Positions 19,108 through 27,727 of a stretch of DNA of 64,000 nucleotides are shown here, piece by piece; position 1 is the first letter of the stretch, and each line of letters begins with the position of its first letter. Both the position numbers and the translations under genes were made by a program. The DNA comes from a virus. Under the pieces are notes generated by a model. The model saw nothing but the letters and a program-made list of their open reading frames with translations, was not told where the DNA came from and ran no database searches. Where the stretch lies: positions 32,001 to 96,000 of IMG/VR virus record IMGVR_UViG_3300025276_000023; one strand, written 5' to 3'.

Positions 19108-20166
19108 ATGACTACTTTAAATACATCAAGAATTATCTTCAACCTATATGCCAAGCGCCTGGTTGCCAATTACGGCACAATGTCAGAACACATTGGCTCT
19201 TTAACCGAAGAAGAACGTTACGATGCACTGCACTCAGAGATTATGGGCAAACATAAAACGTTACGTTACATTCGCAACTTAGTAAACGCGGAAGTTAAAT
19301 CTCACTACCCACGTTGGTTAGATCTAGCTGATGACAGTGAGCTTAACAATGAAGAACTTAAAAGTACTTATCTTTATTATCTAACCACGCAAGATCCAGA
19401 GTTTTCAATTGATCTTAGAAACGAGCGTCGTAAGTTTATAAACGATAGAGAGATGGCTAGCATTGTAGATAACATGACGGGTTTACGTTTACCTAAGAAC
19501 AATGTATCGGCAAGCAATGCTTTATATGACTACGCAATGATAATCAGCGAGCTAGATGTATTAGCAGCAGGTGAATCATATCGTGGCAATGCATCTCTTA
19601 TAGATTCTGCTCAGGCAATGTTTAACAACATGAGTACTGAAGATCCATTAGTGAGTGCCGTTCCATTACCTTTAAAACGTCACTTTAATAAAGACATGTC
19701 TTATTTTGAAATAGATAAGAGTAAACTGTCTAAAGTCAAATGTCGTCTAGAAGGTAGTTTTGCAACGGTTAAGAAAGGAACCGATAAAATGATTGGACGT
19801 CCTCACAACAAGGGACATACATTCGTAATTAAAGATATTCATTTCGTAATTGTTAATGAAAAACCAGAAGGTAGTCTGATTGAAGCTGACGATATTCGTA
19901 TTGTTAGAAAATCATTACATGCAACCATGGGTATTCCTGGTAAGAACCTAGCTCCTTGCATGGCTATCTTATTTTCTGATTCAGAAATAGCAGTTAAATC
20001 GACAGCAGCTGAAGTTGAAGAAAACTACTTAGCATTGGTTGAATACGTATTGGGATTACGTGAGATCTCTGACGTAAAAACAGATACCCCATTCGGTAGA
20101 GTAAGAGCTCGTTTTACTAATAAACGTTTATTACCTTACTTTGATTTTTACGCACGGTGCATCTAA
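19108..20166 (+). CDS. Hypothetical protein
   Basis: 352 aa, AGGA RBS, no recognised motif. Confidence 0.7.
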   Translation: MTTLNTSRIIFNLYAKRLVANYGTMSEHIGSLTEEERYDALHSEIMGKHKTLRYIRNLVNAEVKSHYPRWLDLADDSELNNEELKSTYLYYLTTQDPEFSIDLRNERRKFINDREMASIVDNMTGLRLPKNNVSASNALYDYAMIISELDVLAAGESYRGNASLIDSAQAMFNNMSTEDPLVSAVPLPLKRHFNKDMSYFEIDKSKLSKVKCRLEGSFATVKKGTDKMIGRPHNKGHTFVIKDIHFVIVNEKPEGSLIEADDIRIVRKSLHATMGIPGKNLAPCMAILFSDSEIAVKSTAAEVEENYLALVEYVLGLREISDVKTDTPFGRVRARFTNKRLLPYFDFYARCI

Positions 20167-20172
20167 ACTACT

Positions 20173-20202
20173 ATGACTCTACTCCGGTAGAGTCATTTAT
20201 TT
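20173..20202 (+). terminator. Hairpin / terminator
   Basis: ATGACTCTAC tccg GTAGAGTCAT, perfect 10-bp stem, then TTATTT. Confidence 0.65.
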
Positions 20203-20213
20203 AAGGAAAGATT

Positions 20214-20876
20214 ATGGAAATGTCAGTTACCATCAATAAAAAATATGTAGAGAATTTCATTGACTTGCTAACTCGTGAAATGGAATCACATGAAGAAGTT
20301 CCTAGTATATCACCTCTTGAGTACTATGCTGTTATACGTAAATCTCTAGAAGAGAAATTCATTGCTTTAAGTAATTTCAATAACAGTATGCGAATGTTTG
20401 AAAGATCCATTCCTTCTGATCTGACGGACGAAACATATGTAGTCAGACGAATTGAAGATATGTTGACTAAGAAAACCGGTTTGATACTAAATAAAGACAA
20501 ACCGGCAGGTGAACTTTCTACTTTAAAGCTCAATGGTAATTTTTACACAGTACCCGATTCAGCAGCCATTAGTCTTCCATCATTCCTAGAGTCGGCTAAA
20601 GAAGTTATACCGTATAAGAATTGTTCTCTAGAAAGTATCTACGAATACACTAAAGATACATTCGAAGCTTTTCTACTTAGACCTAACGCAACACATGCAG
20701 AGTTTAAAGCCTCGGAGTCTAAGATTAGCATTCTACCTTATCTAAACAACAGTACTAACTTCTTTGACGTTGAACGTCTTAAAGAACTTAAAGATATGTT
20801 ATTAGTTGGTTTAGATGAGGCGATTGAAACAATTACTTTACCTAGAACTGTTTACATGGAGCTCAGAGACCTATGA
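20214..20876 (+). CDS. Hypothetical protein, large member of repeated gene pair (copy 3)
   Basis: AAGGA RBS; N- and C-terminal patterns like 17872. Confidence 0.65.
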   Translation: MEMSVTINKKYVENFIDLLTREMESHEEVPSISPLEYYAVIRKSLEEKFIALSNFNNSMRMFERSIPSDLTDETYVVRRIEDMLTKKTGLILNKDKPAGELSTLKLNGNFYTVPDSAAISLPSFLESAKEVIPYKNCSLESIYEYTKDTFEAFLLRPNATHAEFKASESKISILPYLNNSTNFFDVERLKELKDMLLVGLDEAIETITLPRTVYMELRDL

Positions 20877-21202
20877 GTCATATAAAAGAAGTGACTTCTC
20901 TTTTAAGAGAAATAGATGCCTTAGTACAGAGTAAGTCTAAAATGCGTCGTAACGTAGACGATATTGAATTATGGCAGCCGTTGATGAATGTGGATTACTA
21001 CCAGGTTAATGGTGAACATCAGCTAGTAGATTTCTTAGCTGAACTCAATGCGGCTTATTACGCATTCTTATCTAGCACCTATATTAAAACTGAAAGGTTT
21101 GGAAAAATCTTAGCTAAGATAAAAGAAATAATTACCTTAGTTATTGAACACGATGCTTACAGTCCCCTGGCTAAACTTAAAGGAAACGTATTACCATGGT
21201 AA
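20873..21202 (+). CDS. Hypothetical small helical protein
   Basis: 109 aa, ATGA overlap, GGAG upstream. Confidence 0.6.
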   Translation: MSHIKEVTSLLREIDALVQSKSKMRRNVDDIELWQPLMNVDYYQVNGEHQLVDFLAELNAAYYAFLSSTYIKTERFGKILAKIKEIITLVIEHDAYSPLAKLKGNVLPW

Positions 21203-21828
21203 ATGAACAATTAGAAATGAGTGAAGCGCAGCTGGTAGACTTGAAGCGCCTGATAACAGAAGAAGGTAAGTTGACTTATGAGTTTTTTAATCTAACTCTA
21301 ACATTTAACTCTCCTATTCTAACAGGTGCTTTAGAGAAGATCATTGAACTGGAAAACATTTCAGTAATAGATGCTGACTATGTTAAGAAAGCGTCGGTGA
21401 TTGAAGAATACTTAGATGATAATTATGGCATCGAAGTAATGAATGGTCAAGTACTGGGTACTGAACATGCGGAAATGATGTCAACTGGTAAAACAACACT
21501 TGCTTTCAAAGACAATGGTTTTTTCTATAACGAGCTTTATAAACAAATACGATCTAAGGTTTGTTATTCTGTTTCGCCAACCGCTCTGTATTATGTTTAC
21601 TTAGCTTTCTTTAAAGAAGCCGTCGTTAAACAAGTGCCTAAGATTGATGTTATCAATTCTAGACATCGCGATTACTTTGAAAAGTCATTTGCTGAGCTAA
21701 CAGGGGTAATGATACTTGAACTAGATAAACATTATGAAGGTATAGCTTATAGAGATTTGAAGACAGAAGAAGATCGGATGATCAAAGAAGTCATCCAGTT
21801 ATATAAAGAAAACAACGGGACCCTATAG
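21196..21828 (+). CDS. Hypothetical protein
   Basis: 210 aa, AAGGA RBS. Confidence 0.65.
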   Translation: MVNEQLEMSEAQLVDLKRLITEEGKLTYEFFNLTLTFNSPILTGALEKIIELENISVIDADYVKKASVIEEYLDDNYGIEVMNGQVLGTEHAEMMSTGKTTLAFKDNGFFYNELYKQIRSKVCYSVSPTALYYVYLAFFKEAVVKQVPKIDVINSRHRDYFEKSFAELTGVMILELDKHYEGIAYRDLKTEEDRMIKEVIQLYKENNGTL

Positions 21829-22217
21829 TGAAGATTTTATACCTATTAATAATTGCCATCTTAGCATCTGTAAGTTACGATTATTATACTCGTTACAATG
21901 AACTGTACGACAATGACATCATACGTTTCTATATAACGTATGACATTATCTCAGTGGAAGACTGTAATGAGAAAGGCTGTGAGGCGATTGTACAGCAGTC
22001 AGGAGAAAATAAACAAGAGTTACTTTTTATCAAAAGTCTATCTTCCATGCCTTTTATTATACGCAAGCCTGTCGTGCGTCAATGTAGCAATGTAATCTCC
22101 ACTAAAGTAGTGACGTGTGAAAAAGACTTACGTTCTCTAGAAGACCTAGAACTTAAGTATGCTAAACATAAAGACTGGGATCTTCGCCCAGCCGCTTCTC
22201 AGATAATTTATCAATAA
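21828..22217 (+). CDS. Membrane-anchored or exported protein with 4 Cys
   Basis: GTG start, MKILYLLIIAILASV hydrophobic N-terminus, CNEKGC..C..C. Confidence 0.6.
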   Translation: MKILYLLIIAILASVSYDYYTRYNELYDNDIIRFYITYDIISVEDCNEKGCEAIVQQSGENKQELLFIKSLSSMPFIIRKPVVRQCSNVISTKVVTCEKDLRSLEDLELKYAKHKDWDLRPAASQIIYQ

Positions 22218-22228
22218 GGAATAGAAAG

Positions 22229-22567
22229 ATGGAAACAGAACAACAGAAGATTCTCCGTTTGCTAGGTGTGAGCGCAACATCATTTTATACAGATGAATAT
22301 CAGCGTATCTTCACCACCTTATCAAATAGTAATGTTGATGTGGTGTTCTCAAATGAACATCAAGGGTTGGGTAATCGTGAGAACTGCATAAATAAAGGCT
22401 TTGCTTACGTACAGCTACATTACTTATTTTCATTAGTGATCAATGAACAGTTCATTGAAGAAAATGCAATAGAATACATTAATTGTGAAAGAGAGTCGTT
22501 CACAATTGCTCTTGTGTTCAATGGTCAGTATGTGACCGTAACATTTAAAGCAAATGTCGACTCCTGA
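22229..22567 (+). CDS. Hypothetical protein
   Basis: 112 aa, AAGGA RBS. Confidence 0.6.
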   Translation: METEQQKILRLLGVSATSFYTDEYQRIFTTLSNSNVDVVFSNEHQGLGNRENCINKGFAYVQLHYLFSLVINEQFIEENAIEYINCERESFTIALVFNGQYVTVTFKANVDS

Positions 22568-23225
22568 TAGACGAAGGTATAGAGGCGTCACTAAGTCATT
22601 AGGTGGCGTCTTATATACTGGCATTTCACCAGAGATGGGTAGGGAACTATATCTCACGGTAAGCGCGCGGCTAGAACTATTCAATGAAGATCTATTTTGG
22701 TACGATAAACTAAATACCTTTCCTTTATGGAAGGCTAAGTTTAAGACCATCAAAGAAGCATATATCCAATTGGATACAGAATACGTTAGAGACAAAACAT
22801 TTTTAGGTTCTTCTAAAATGGAAAGACAGTTAACGATATCTAAAATCCTAAACCAGCACTACTCTAAAATATTTAAAGTTGAACTGTCAGACAAGCCATG
22901 TCAAAACGACGTACATGCGTCACATGAATATGGATTAGCAAGCTATCTTCTCGAAGCGAAAGAACACTTAAAGTTACCCGATAAGTATATCAAATTAGCT
23001 AAAAGTTTCTACTCTTCATCGACATCCACTGACAACTTCAATCAACCAGCAATCGTAGCTCTTTCTAGATTAGAAAATGGTTTTACTTTAGGTAAATATC
23101 AAGCCCTTAAAACTTTAAACTATAGACTTGAGGCTCTGGCTAATGGGAGACTAGAAAATCTTCTAATTGAAGTCAAACAGCTTGAGATGATAAGAGGATG
23201 GAAAGATGGAAACAGTTCAGTCTAA
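22554..23225 (+). CDS. Hypothetical protein, possible large member of repeated pair (copy 4)
   Basis: C-terminal RLEALANGRLENLLIEVKQLEMIRGW resembles 17872 RLEKLREFNVSIKLDEESINLIKG. Confidence 0.6.
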   Translation: MSTPDRRRYRGVTKSLGGVLYTGISPEMGRELYLTVSARLELFNEDLFWYDKLNTFPLWKAKFKTIKEAYIQLDTEYVRDKTFLGSSKMERQLTISKILNQHYSKIFKVELSDKPCQNDVHASHEYGLASYLLEAKEHLKLPDKYIKLAKSFYSSSTSTDNFNQPAIVALSRLENGFTLGKYQALKTLNYRLEALANGRLENLLIEVKQLEMIRGWKDGNSSV

Positions 23226-23481
23226 ACTACTCAACGCGGTTAATGTAGCATTTAGTAACAATCCCCTTCCTTGGCTAGCGTTTCATAAACGACGTCAGCG
23301 AAAAGAAGTGCTACGCATAATCGATGTAAGCTATGAAAACGGTTTTCATGAATATAGAACTTCTCTAGAGGAACTACATAATCTAAATGAACTGGGTCAC
23401 TTCACTAAAGACTCTCGCTCATTTCAGTCAGTCATGGCGGTCATTGAAACGGGCGTTCAAGGTACAGCCAGTATCTACTAA
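23206..23481 (+). CDS. Hypothetical protein, possible small member of repeated pair (copy 4)
   Basis: 91 aa overlapping the upstream gene; ELGHFTKDSRSFQSV is weakly like EAGCFNEQDGTYLAV. Confidence 0.55.
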   Translation: METVQSKLLNAVNVAFSNNPLPWLAFHKRRQRKEVLRIIDVSYENGFHEYRTSLEELHNLNELGHFTKDSRSFQSVMAVIETGVQGTASIY

Positions 23482-23524
23482 CATAGAAGCTCCCATTATG
23501 GGGGCTGTCTATTTTTTTATTTTT
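23481..23524 (+). terminator. Rho-independent terminator
   Basis: AGCTCCCA tta TGGGGGCT plus T run; near-identical to 48216. Confidence 0.75.
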
Positions 23525-23545
23525 GTGTAATAGAATATTTTTTAA

Positions 23546-23565
23546 AACTATATTATAACTGTGAG
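23546..23565 (+). promoter_or_regulatory. Putative early promoter
   Basis: AACTATATTATAACTGTGAG. Confidence 0.6.
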
Positions 23566-23602
23566 ATAGAAGTCTCATTACTGTTTAACTTAAGGAGAGT
23601 TC

Positions 23603-23626
23603 ATGTTATACCATTTATTAATCTAG
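23603..23626 (+). other. Candidate 7-aa leader ORF (MLYHLLI)
   Basis: Strong TAAGGAG RBS upstream of ATG 23603, TAG at 23624-23626 inside a hairpin arm. Confidence 0.4.
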
Positions 23627-23659
23627 AGGAATTAATCCTCTTAGTTTGAGGAAACGATT

Positions 23660-24208
23660 ATGATACAACAACACCAAGCAAATAGTTCAGTTTTACAAAA
23701 TGAGCTATGGAGTAAAATAACACATCTAGTAACTGATTTAGATGTTAATCCATTAAAGCGTTCTGACAGTATTTATGAACTAGCTTCCCTTTCACAGCTT
23801 TACCATGAAAGACAAGCTAAAATAAATACAGTAGACGTTACACGATTTAAAGATAATGAAACATTACTTAAATCAACAATGCGACGTAAGATAGTTTTAC
23901 ATTATTCGGATAACCCTGCTGAGCAAGGTGAATGGATAGTGGACTTTCTAAAAATTAACCGTAAACGTATATCTACAACAGAACTGACTGCTAAGAAGTT
24001 TGACTTTAAAAAGCAACTAATAGTTGAATACATCTTTTGTAATATACAATCACTTGACGTTATACCTGAGTTGTTTAATGTGTATGGAACCGAATTTAGC
24101 AACTGTGAACTCTATCTTATCATTGACGATAAGGTACAGCCAGTCTATAGTAAATATCGTTCATTCACCGTAAAGAATGCAGGAGACCTAGTAAGGAAAT
24201 TTAACTAA
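23660..24208 (+). CDS. Hypothetical protein
   Basis: 182 aa, GAGG RBS. Confidence 0.65.
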   Translation: MIQQHQANSSVLQNELWSKITHLVTDLDVNPLKRSDSIYELASLSQLYHERQAKINTVDVTRFKDNETLLKSTMRRKIVLHYSDNPAEQGEWIVDFLKINRKRISTTELTAKKFDFKKQLIVEYIFCNIQSLDVIPELFNVYGTEFSNCELYLIIDDKVQPVYSKYRSFTVKNAGDLVRKFN

Positions 24209-24597
24209 TGAAGAATGCCTTAACCAGGGCGGAACTGAAGCGCAGCCGCGCTTCAGAACTCACCATAGTTTTAATAGTGGGAACAGGACCAACGTATCAG
24301 CAGAGAGCAGCAGTATCTATCATTGAAGCGTTGATAGCAAAACATGAACGTACTACATTCAATACTCTATTTGACCCAGATGTAGTTAATCATTTATTTG
24401 AATTAAGACGACAGGCTATATTGAAAAGATTCTTAATTGTTCGCGTTGAAGAAAACATGTTGGAAGAAGCTATCCAATTCATCGACCGAGGCTTTGTAAA
24501 CTTTAAAAGTCAAATAAAGCAGTATAAAGATATTGATATACTGAATAAAGTATCGTTCAATCGAGACCTTGCAAGAAAAGAAATCCATAGCAGATAA
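24208..24597 (+). CDS. Hypothetical protein
   Basis: 129 aa, TAATG coupling, AAGGA RBS. Confidence 0.6.
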   Translation: MKNALTRAELKRSRASELTIVLIVGTGPTYQQRAAVSIIEALIAKHERTTFNTLFDPDVVNHLFELRRQAILKRFLIVRVEENMLEEAIQFIDRGFVNFKSQIKQYKDIDILNKVSFNRDLARKEIHSR

Positions 24598-24636
24598 AAA
24601 CATTAATCGAAAAGATTTCATGTATTTAATATTAAC

Positions 24637-25287
24637 ATGGCGATGATGCCATTGGGGGGTACCTTAAAAATGAAAGAACCAATGACTCCGTTAGTTAAAC
24701 AGCTAATGGTCTTCGATCACACCTATCGGTACAGTGATTCTTTATCTACTTATAACCATTGGGAAGCAGTTGAACGGAAGCTTAAAGCTAATATAGCTGA
24801 GATTCCAGATAAAGCTACTCGTGACATATATACAGCAGCCCTGTGCGGTAACGTAGAGCCTTTAATAGCTAAGTATGGTACATTGAGTCAGGAGACTGTA
24901 CGAGTCTGTCAGGAAGAACTACAGGAACGATTAAGCACTATAAAAAGTTATCATCTATTCTTAGCTTTTCTAAATGATCTTGCAAACATCATGGGAAAGT
25001 ATATCCCACCACAGCAAGGTATCGTTTATACCAAATATGCTCCAGCAGCACAGAAGATTGACGGTAAGATTTCAATACCTGAAAGTCAGCAGTTGGAACT
25101 AAATGATTTAATAGAGAGAACGAACACTACCCTCTTTAGAGACGTGGAGAAAATACGTTTCAAATTAAAGTTACCATCGACTACTGTTTCATTATCCTGT
25201 TATACTCGAACAGATAATTTAACTCATTTCAGATTCATAACAGCAGAGAATAATACTCATGCTGACTTTGAATTATATTTAAACTAA
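24637..25287 (+). CDS. Hypothetical protein (start may be 24670)
   Basis: FDHTYRYSDSLSTY motif, similar in pattern to 45984. Confidence 0.6.
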   Translation: MAMMPLGGTLKMKEPMTPLVKQLMVFDHTYRYSDSLSTYNHWEAVERKLKANIAEIPDKATRDIYTAALCGNVEPLIAKYGTLSQETVRVCQEELQERLSTIKSYHLFLAFLNDLANIMGKYIPPQQGIVYTKYAPAAQKIDGKISIPESQQLELNDLIERTNTTLFRDVEKIRFKLKLPSTTVSLSCYTRTDNLTHFRFITAENNTHADFELYLN

Positions 25288-25296
25288 GGAAACAAA

Positions 25297-26211
25297 ATGT
25301 ATATACTTAACAGCATCGATTTAAATGGAACGTCACTAGTTAGTCTAGCACTTCGTTTAGAGGATTCAATTGAGAATGTTCTACTACAATGGGTAGACGA
25401 GGACGACGTTACAGAGGACATGGTCTGTTGTCTTTTCAATGAAGACACTAAGATGCTTGAATCTCCAGAAGGCATTGTACTGGCAGAAGTTATTAGCGTT
25501 ACAGAAGATGATGGTACTTATCATTTAGCATCTGGCGTTTATCCTGGTGCTGGTTTGTTTTCAGTGGTTGAAGAACTTAACTTCACATTCTGCACTCACT
25601 TAGGGTCTCATCTTCCATCTGATGTAAAGAGCATTGACTGCGATTACTCGCCAGTAACGATGTCACCATTAGCTTACACTGAAACACTTGAGTGTAAGAA
25701 GTTGATGGATGAAAGTACAGAAGAGTACTTCGCTATTTCTTTTGAACCAGCTACTCGTAACAGCATGAGTTCTGAAGACGCCGCAATTAGTATTGCGTTT
25801 AATAACCATATGTTCTATCAGTATTTTGGACATGTGACATTACCTGGCAATAGACATCGCTTTGTAAGTTTCGATGTGCCGATATCTGTCAACCAAACAA
25901 CTGCCCTGCTTTCTTTGCAGAACGATGCAGAAATATTTGAACGTAAAGCAGACATTAAGATAAACTTCATTGCCGAAGAACTCAAGGTAACTAAGTTGCT
26001 AGATGTTTATACGGTTAAAGCTACAGTGATGTTAATCTATCCATTCGTAGTAGAAAAAGAAATCCTACAATACAGAAGCCTAGACGATATTGTTTCTAAT
26101 CCTTTTGAGTTGGATGAAGATATAATTTCTATACTGGTAGAATCAGCAGCAAGTGAAAGCTTACATTCATTGAAGTCTGCTATCCATGAAAAATCAATTG
26201 ATAATTTATAA
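25297..26211 (+). CDS. Hypothetical acidic protein
   Basis: 304 aa, AAGGA RBS. Confidence 0.7.
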   Translation: MYILNSIDLNGTSLVSLALRLEDSIENVLLQWVDEDDVTEDMVCCLFNEDTKMLESPEGIVLAEVISVTEDDGTYHLASGVYPGAGLFSVVEELNFTFCTHLGSHLPSDVKSIDCDYSPVTMSPLAYTETLECKKLMDESTEEYFAISFEPATRNSMSSEDAAISIAFNNHMFYQYFGHVTLPGNRHRFVSFDVPISVNQTTALLSLQNDAEIFERKADIKINFIAEELKVTKLLDVYTVKATVMLIYPFVVEKEILQYRSLDDIVSNPFELDEDIISILVESAASESLHSLKSAIHEKSIDNL

Positions 26212-26225
26212 TGCAAATTAAGTAA

Positions 26226-26246
26226 GGTATATATCATAACAGTGAG
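26226..26246 (+). promoter_or_regulatory. Putative early promoter
   Basis: GGTATATATCATAACAGTGAG. Confidence 0.6.
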
Positions 26247-26335
26247 TTAATTGGAAATAACAGAACCAATGTAACTTAAGAAGCAATTTAATATTAACTT
26301 ATTATACAGTTTCCGCAAACAGAAAAAAGCTAAAC

Positions 26336-26362
26336 AAAGGCAGGGCCTCCACTCTGCCTTTT
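26336..26362 (+). terminator. Terminator / attenuator hairpin
   Basis: AAAGGCAGGG cctcca CTCTGCCTTT T. Confidence 0.6.
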
Positions 26363-26389
26363 CATCTCTCAATTACTAAGGACGTCCTC

Positions 26390-26515
26390 ATGACTCTTAA
26401 AGAAGAATTAATCCGAGCAGCAGCAAAAACGCTAGTAGTAACAACCGTTGCCTTTACAACAAAGTTGGCATTAGACAAAATTAAACAAGCAGTAGAAAAA
26501 GATAAAAATAAATAA
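26390..26515 (+). CDS. 41-aa micropeptide MTLKEELIRAAAKTLVVTTVAFTTKLALDKIKQAVEKDKNK
   Basis: Below the ORF-track cutoff; TAAGGA RBS; followed by terminators. Confidence 0.6.
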   Translation: MTLKEELIRAAAKTLVVTTVAFTTKLALDKIKQAVEKDKNK

Positions 26516-26558
26516 TTCTACTGTAAGATTTTCCACCTCGTGTACACGTGGTCTTTTA

Positions 26559-26586
26559 GGTGGGGAGGAGTCCCCACCATTTTTTT
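26559..26586 (+). terminator. Rho-independent terminator
   Basis: GGTGGGGA ggag TCCCCACC ATTTTTTT. Confidence 0.75.
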
Positions 26587-26610
26587 ATTCCTTAGTGTTT
26601 AAAAGCACCC

Positions 26611-26655
26611 ATAGAGAAGGACATTAGTCCTTCTCTATTTTTCTTTTATTTTTTT
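26611..26655. terminator. Terminator between convergent units
   Basis: ATAGAGAAGGAC atta GTCCTTCTCTAT plus T run. Confidence 0.75.
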
Positions 26656-26658
26656 GTA

Positions 26659-27657
26659 CTAGATTGAATCATTAGGACCCTTGATAGGTGCCGCTGAAAC
26701 AATCCCGTTAGCAGTCATAGGTGCAGAGAATGTAGAAGTGCCCATTACTGATAATGTACCTTTAGATTCCATGGTAGCAGCATCGACTCCCTTAACGACA
26801 GTGACAGCGCCAGTAAACGTAGTAGTTGGAATATCGAAAGTACCTTTCTGAGCAGTTACTTTGAAATCAGCGTTACAGTTCATCGTAAAGTTTTCACATT
26901 GAACAATGATGTCTTTATCAGCGGTTATATCAATATTCTCAGGAGCGTAGATCTCAATGTTCTTCTCATGCAATACAACTCTAGTCTCATCTTTATTCTC
27001 TAAAAGAATCTTAGTATTGGCTGAGTCTATTCTTATTACGTTACCTACATCATCAACTATTGTAAACGAACCCTTTTCCGTATCGAGTTCGATCGTATAT
27101 GTAAAAGGTTCACCGTTAAGATTAGTCGTTGTGAATCTGACTATTCTGTCATGTGTTGAGATGTGTAACGCATAACTATTGTCAGCGTTCCTAGGTGTGT
27201 TGCTAGTGCCGTCTGGATCAGCACTGAATAGTAACGTACGGGTTTCAAGTCTACGTAGATGAGAGTCTAAATTAGAAGGTACCCAATATAGCGTCTCACT
27301 ATCTGCCCATCGATAAATAAACACGCGTTCATTCTTTCTAACGTCTGGTGCATTTTCAGACCTATCGCCCATTGGCAACCAGATTGCTTTAACGGCAGTT
27401 GTATGGGTAATCTTAATAGTTACGTCATTTTCTTCTTCATCTTTAAAGGTAACTTCTTCTTCTCTATCTTCAACACTTCCCTTACCTGACATTTCAGCCA
27501 TGTGAGTAGGAAGGTAAACTAATATGTCATTTGTACTTCTGGATTTGTTTTCAGCTACTCGACCTATGTCATAGAACTTCCAATCATCAACCATAGATTC
27601 GAGACTGGCTATCTTCTTTAACATCTGTTCGAGAACGGCTGCTGTTTTCTTTTCCAT
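26659..27657 (-). CDS. Tail tip / baseplate central spike protein (gpV/gp5-like; phiKZ gp164-like position)
   Basis: A.WLP..R..APDVRKNERV.IY motif followed by beta-helix-like repeats; divergent from sbcC. Confidence 0.65.
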   Translation of the reverse strand: MEKKTAAVLEQMLKKIASLESMVDDWKFYDIGRVAENKSRSTNDILVYLPTHMAEMSGKGSVEDREEEVTFKDEEENDVTIKITHTTAVKAIWLPMGDRSENAPDVRKNERVFIYRWADSETLYWVPSNLDSHLRRLETRTLLFSADPDGTSNTPRNADNSYALHISTHDRIVRFTTTNLNGEPFTYTIELDTEKGSFTIVDDVGNVIRIDSANTKILLENKDETRVVLHEKNIEIYAPENIDITADKDIIVQCENFTMNCNADFKVTAQKGTFDIPTTTFTGAVTVVKGVDAATMESKGTLSVMGTSTFSAPMTANGIVSAAPIKGPNDSI

Positions 27658-27727
27658 AATCTTAAGTCCTGTGTTTTTTCAAATACCCTTCATATATAAT
27701 GAGAGACATTCAAATTGAGATTCACTA

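Noticed and set aside
8979-26237. Minus-strand ORFs of 60-120 aa across the early region
   Set aside because: All antisense to well-supported + strand genes with RBSs.
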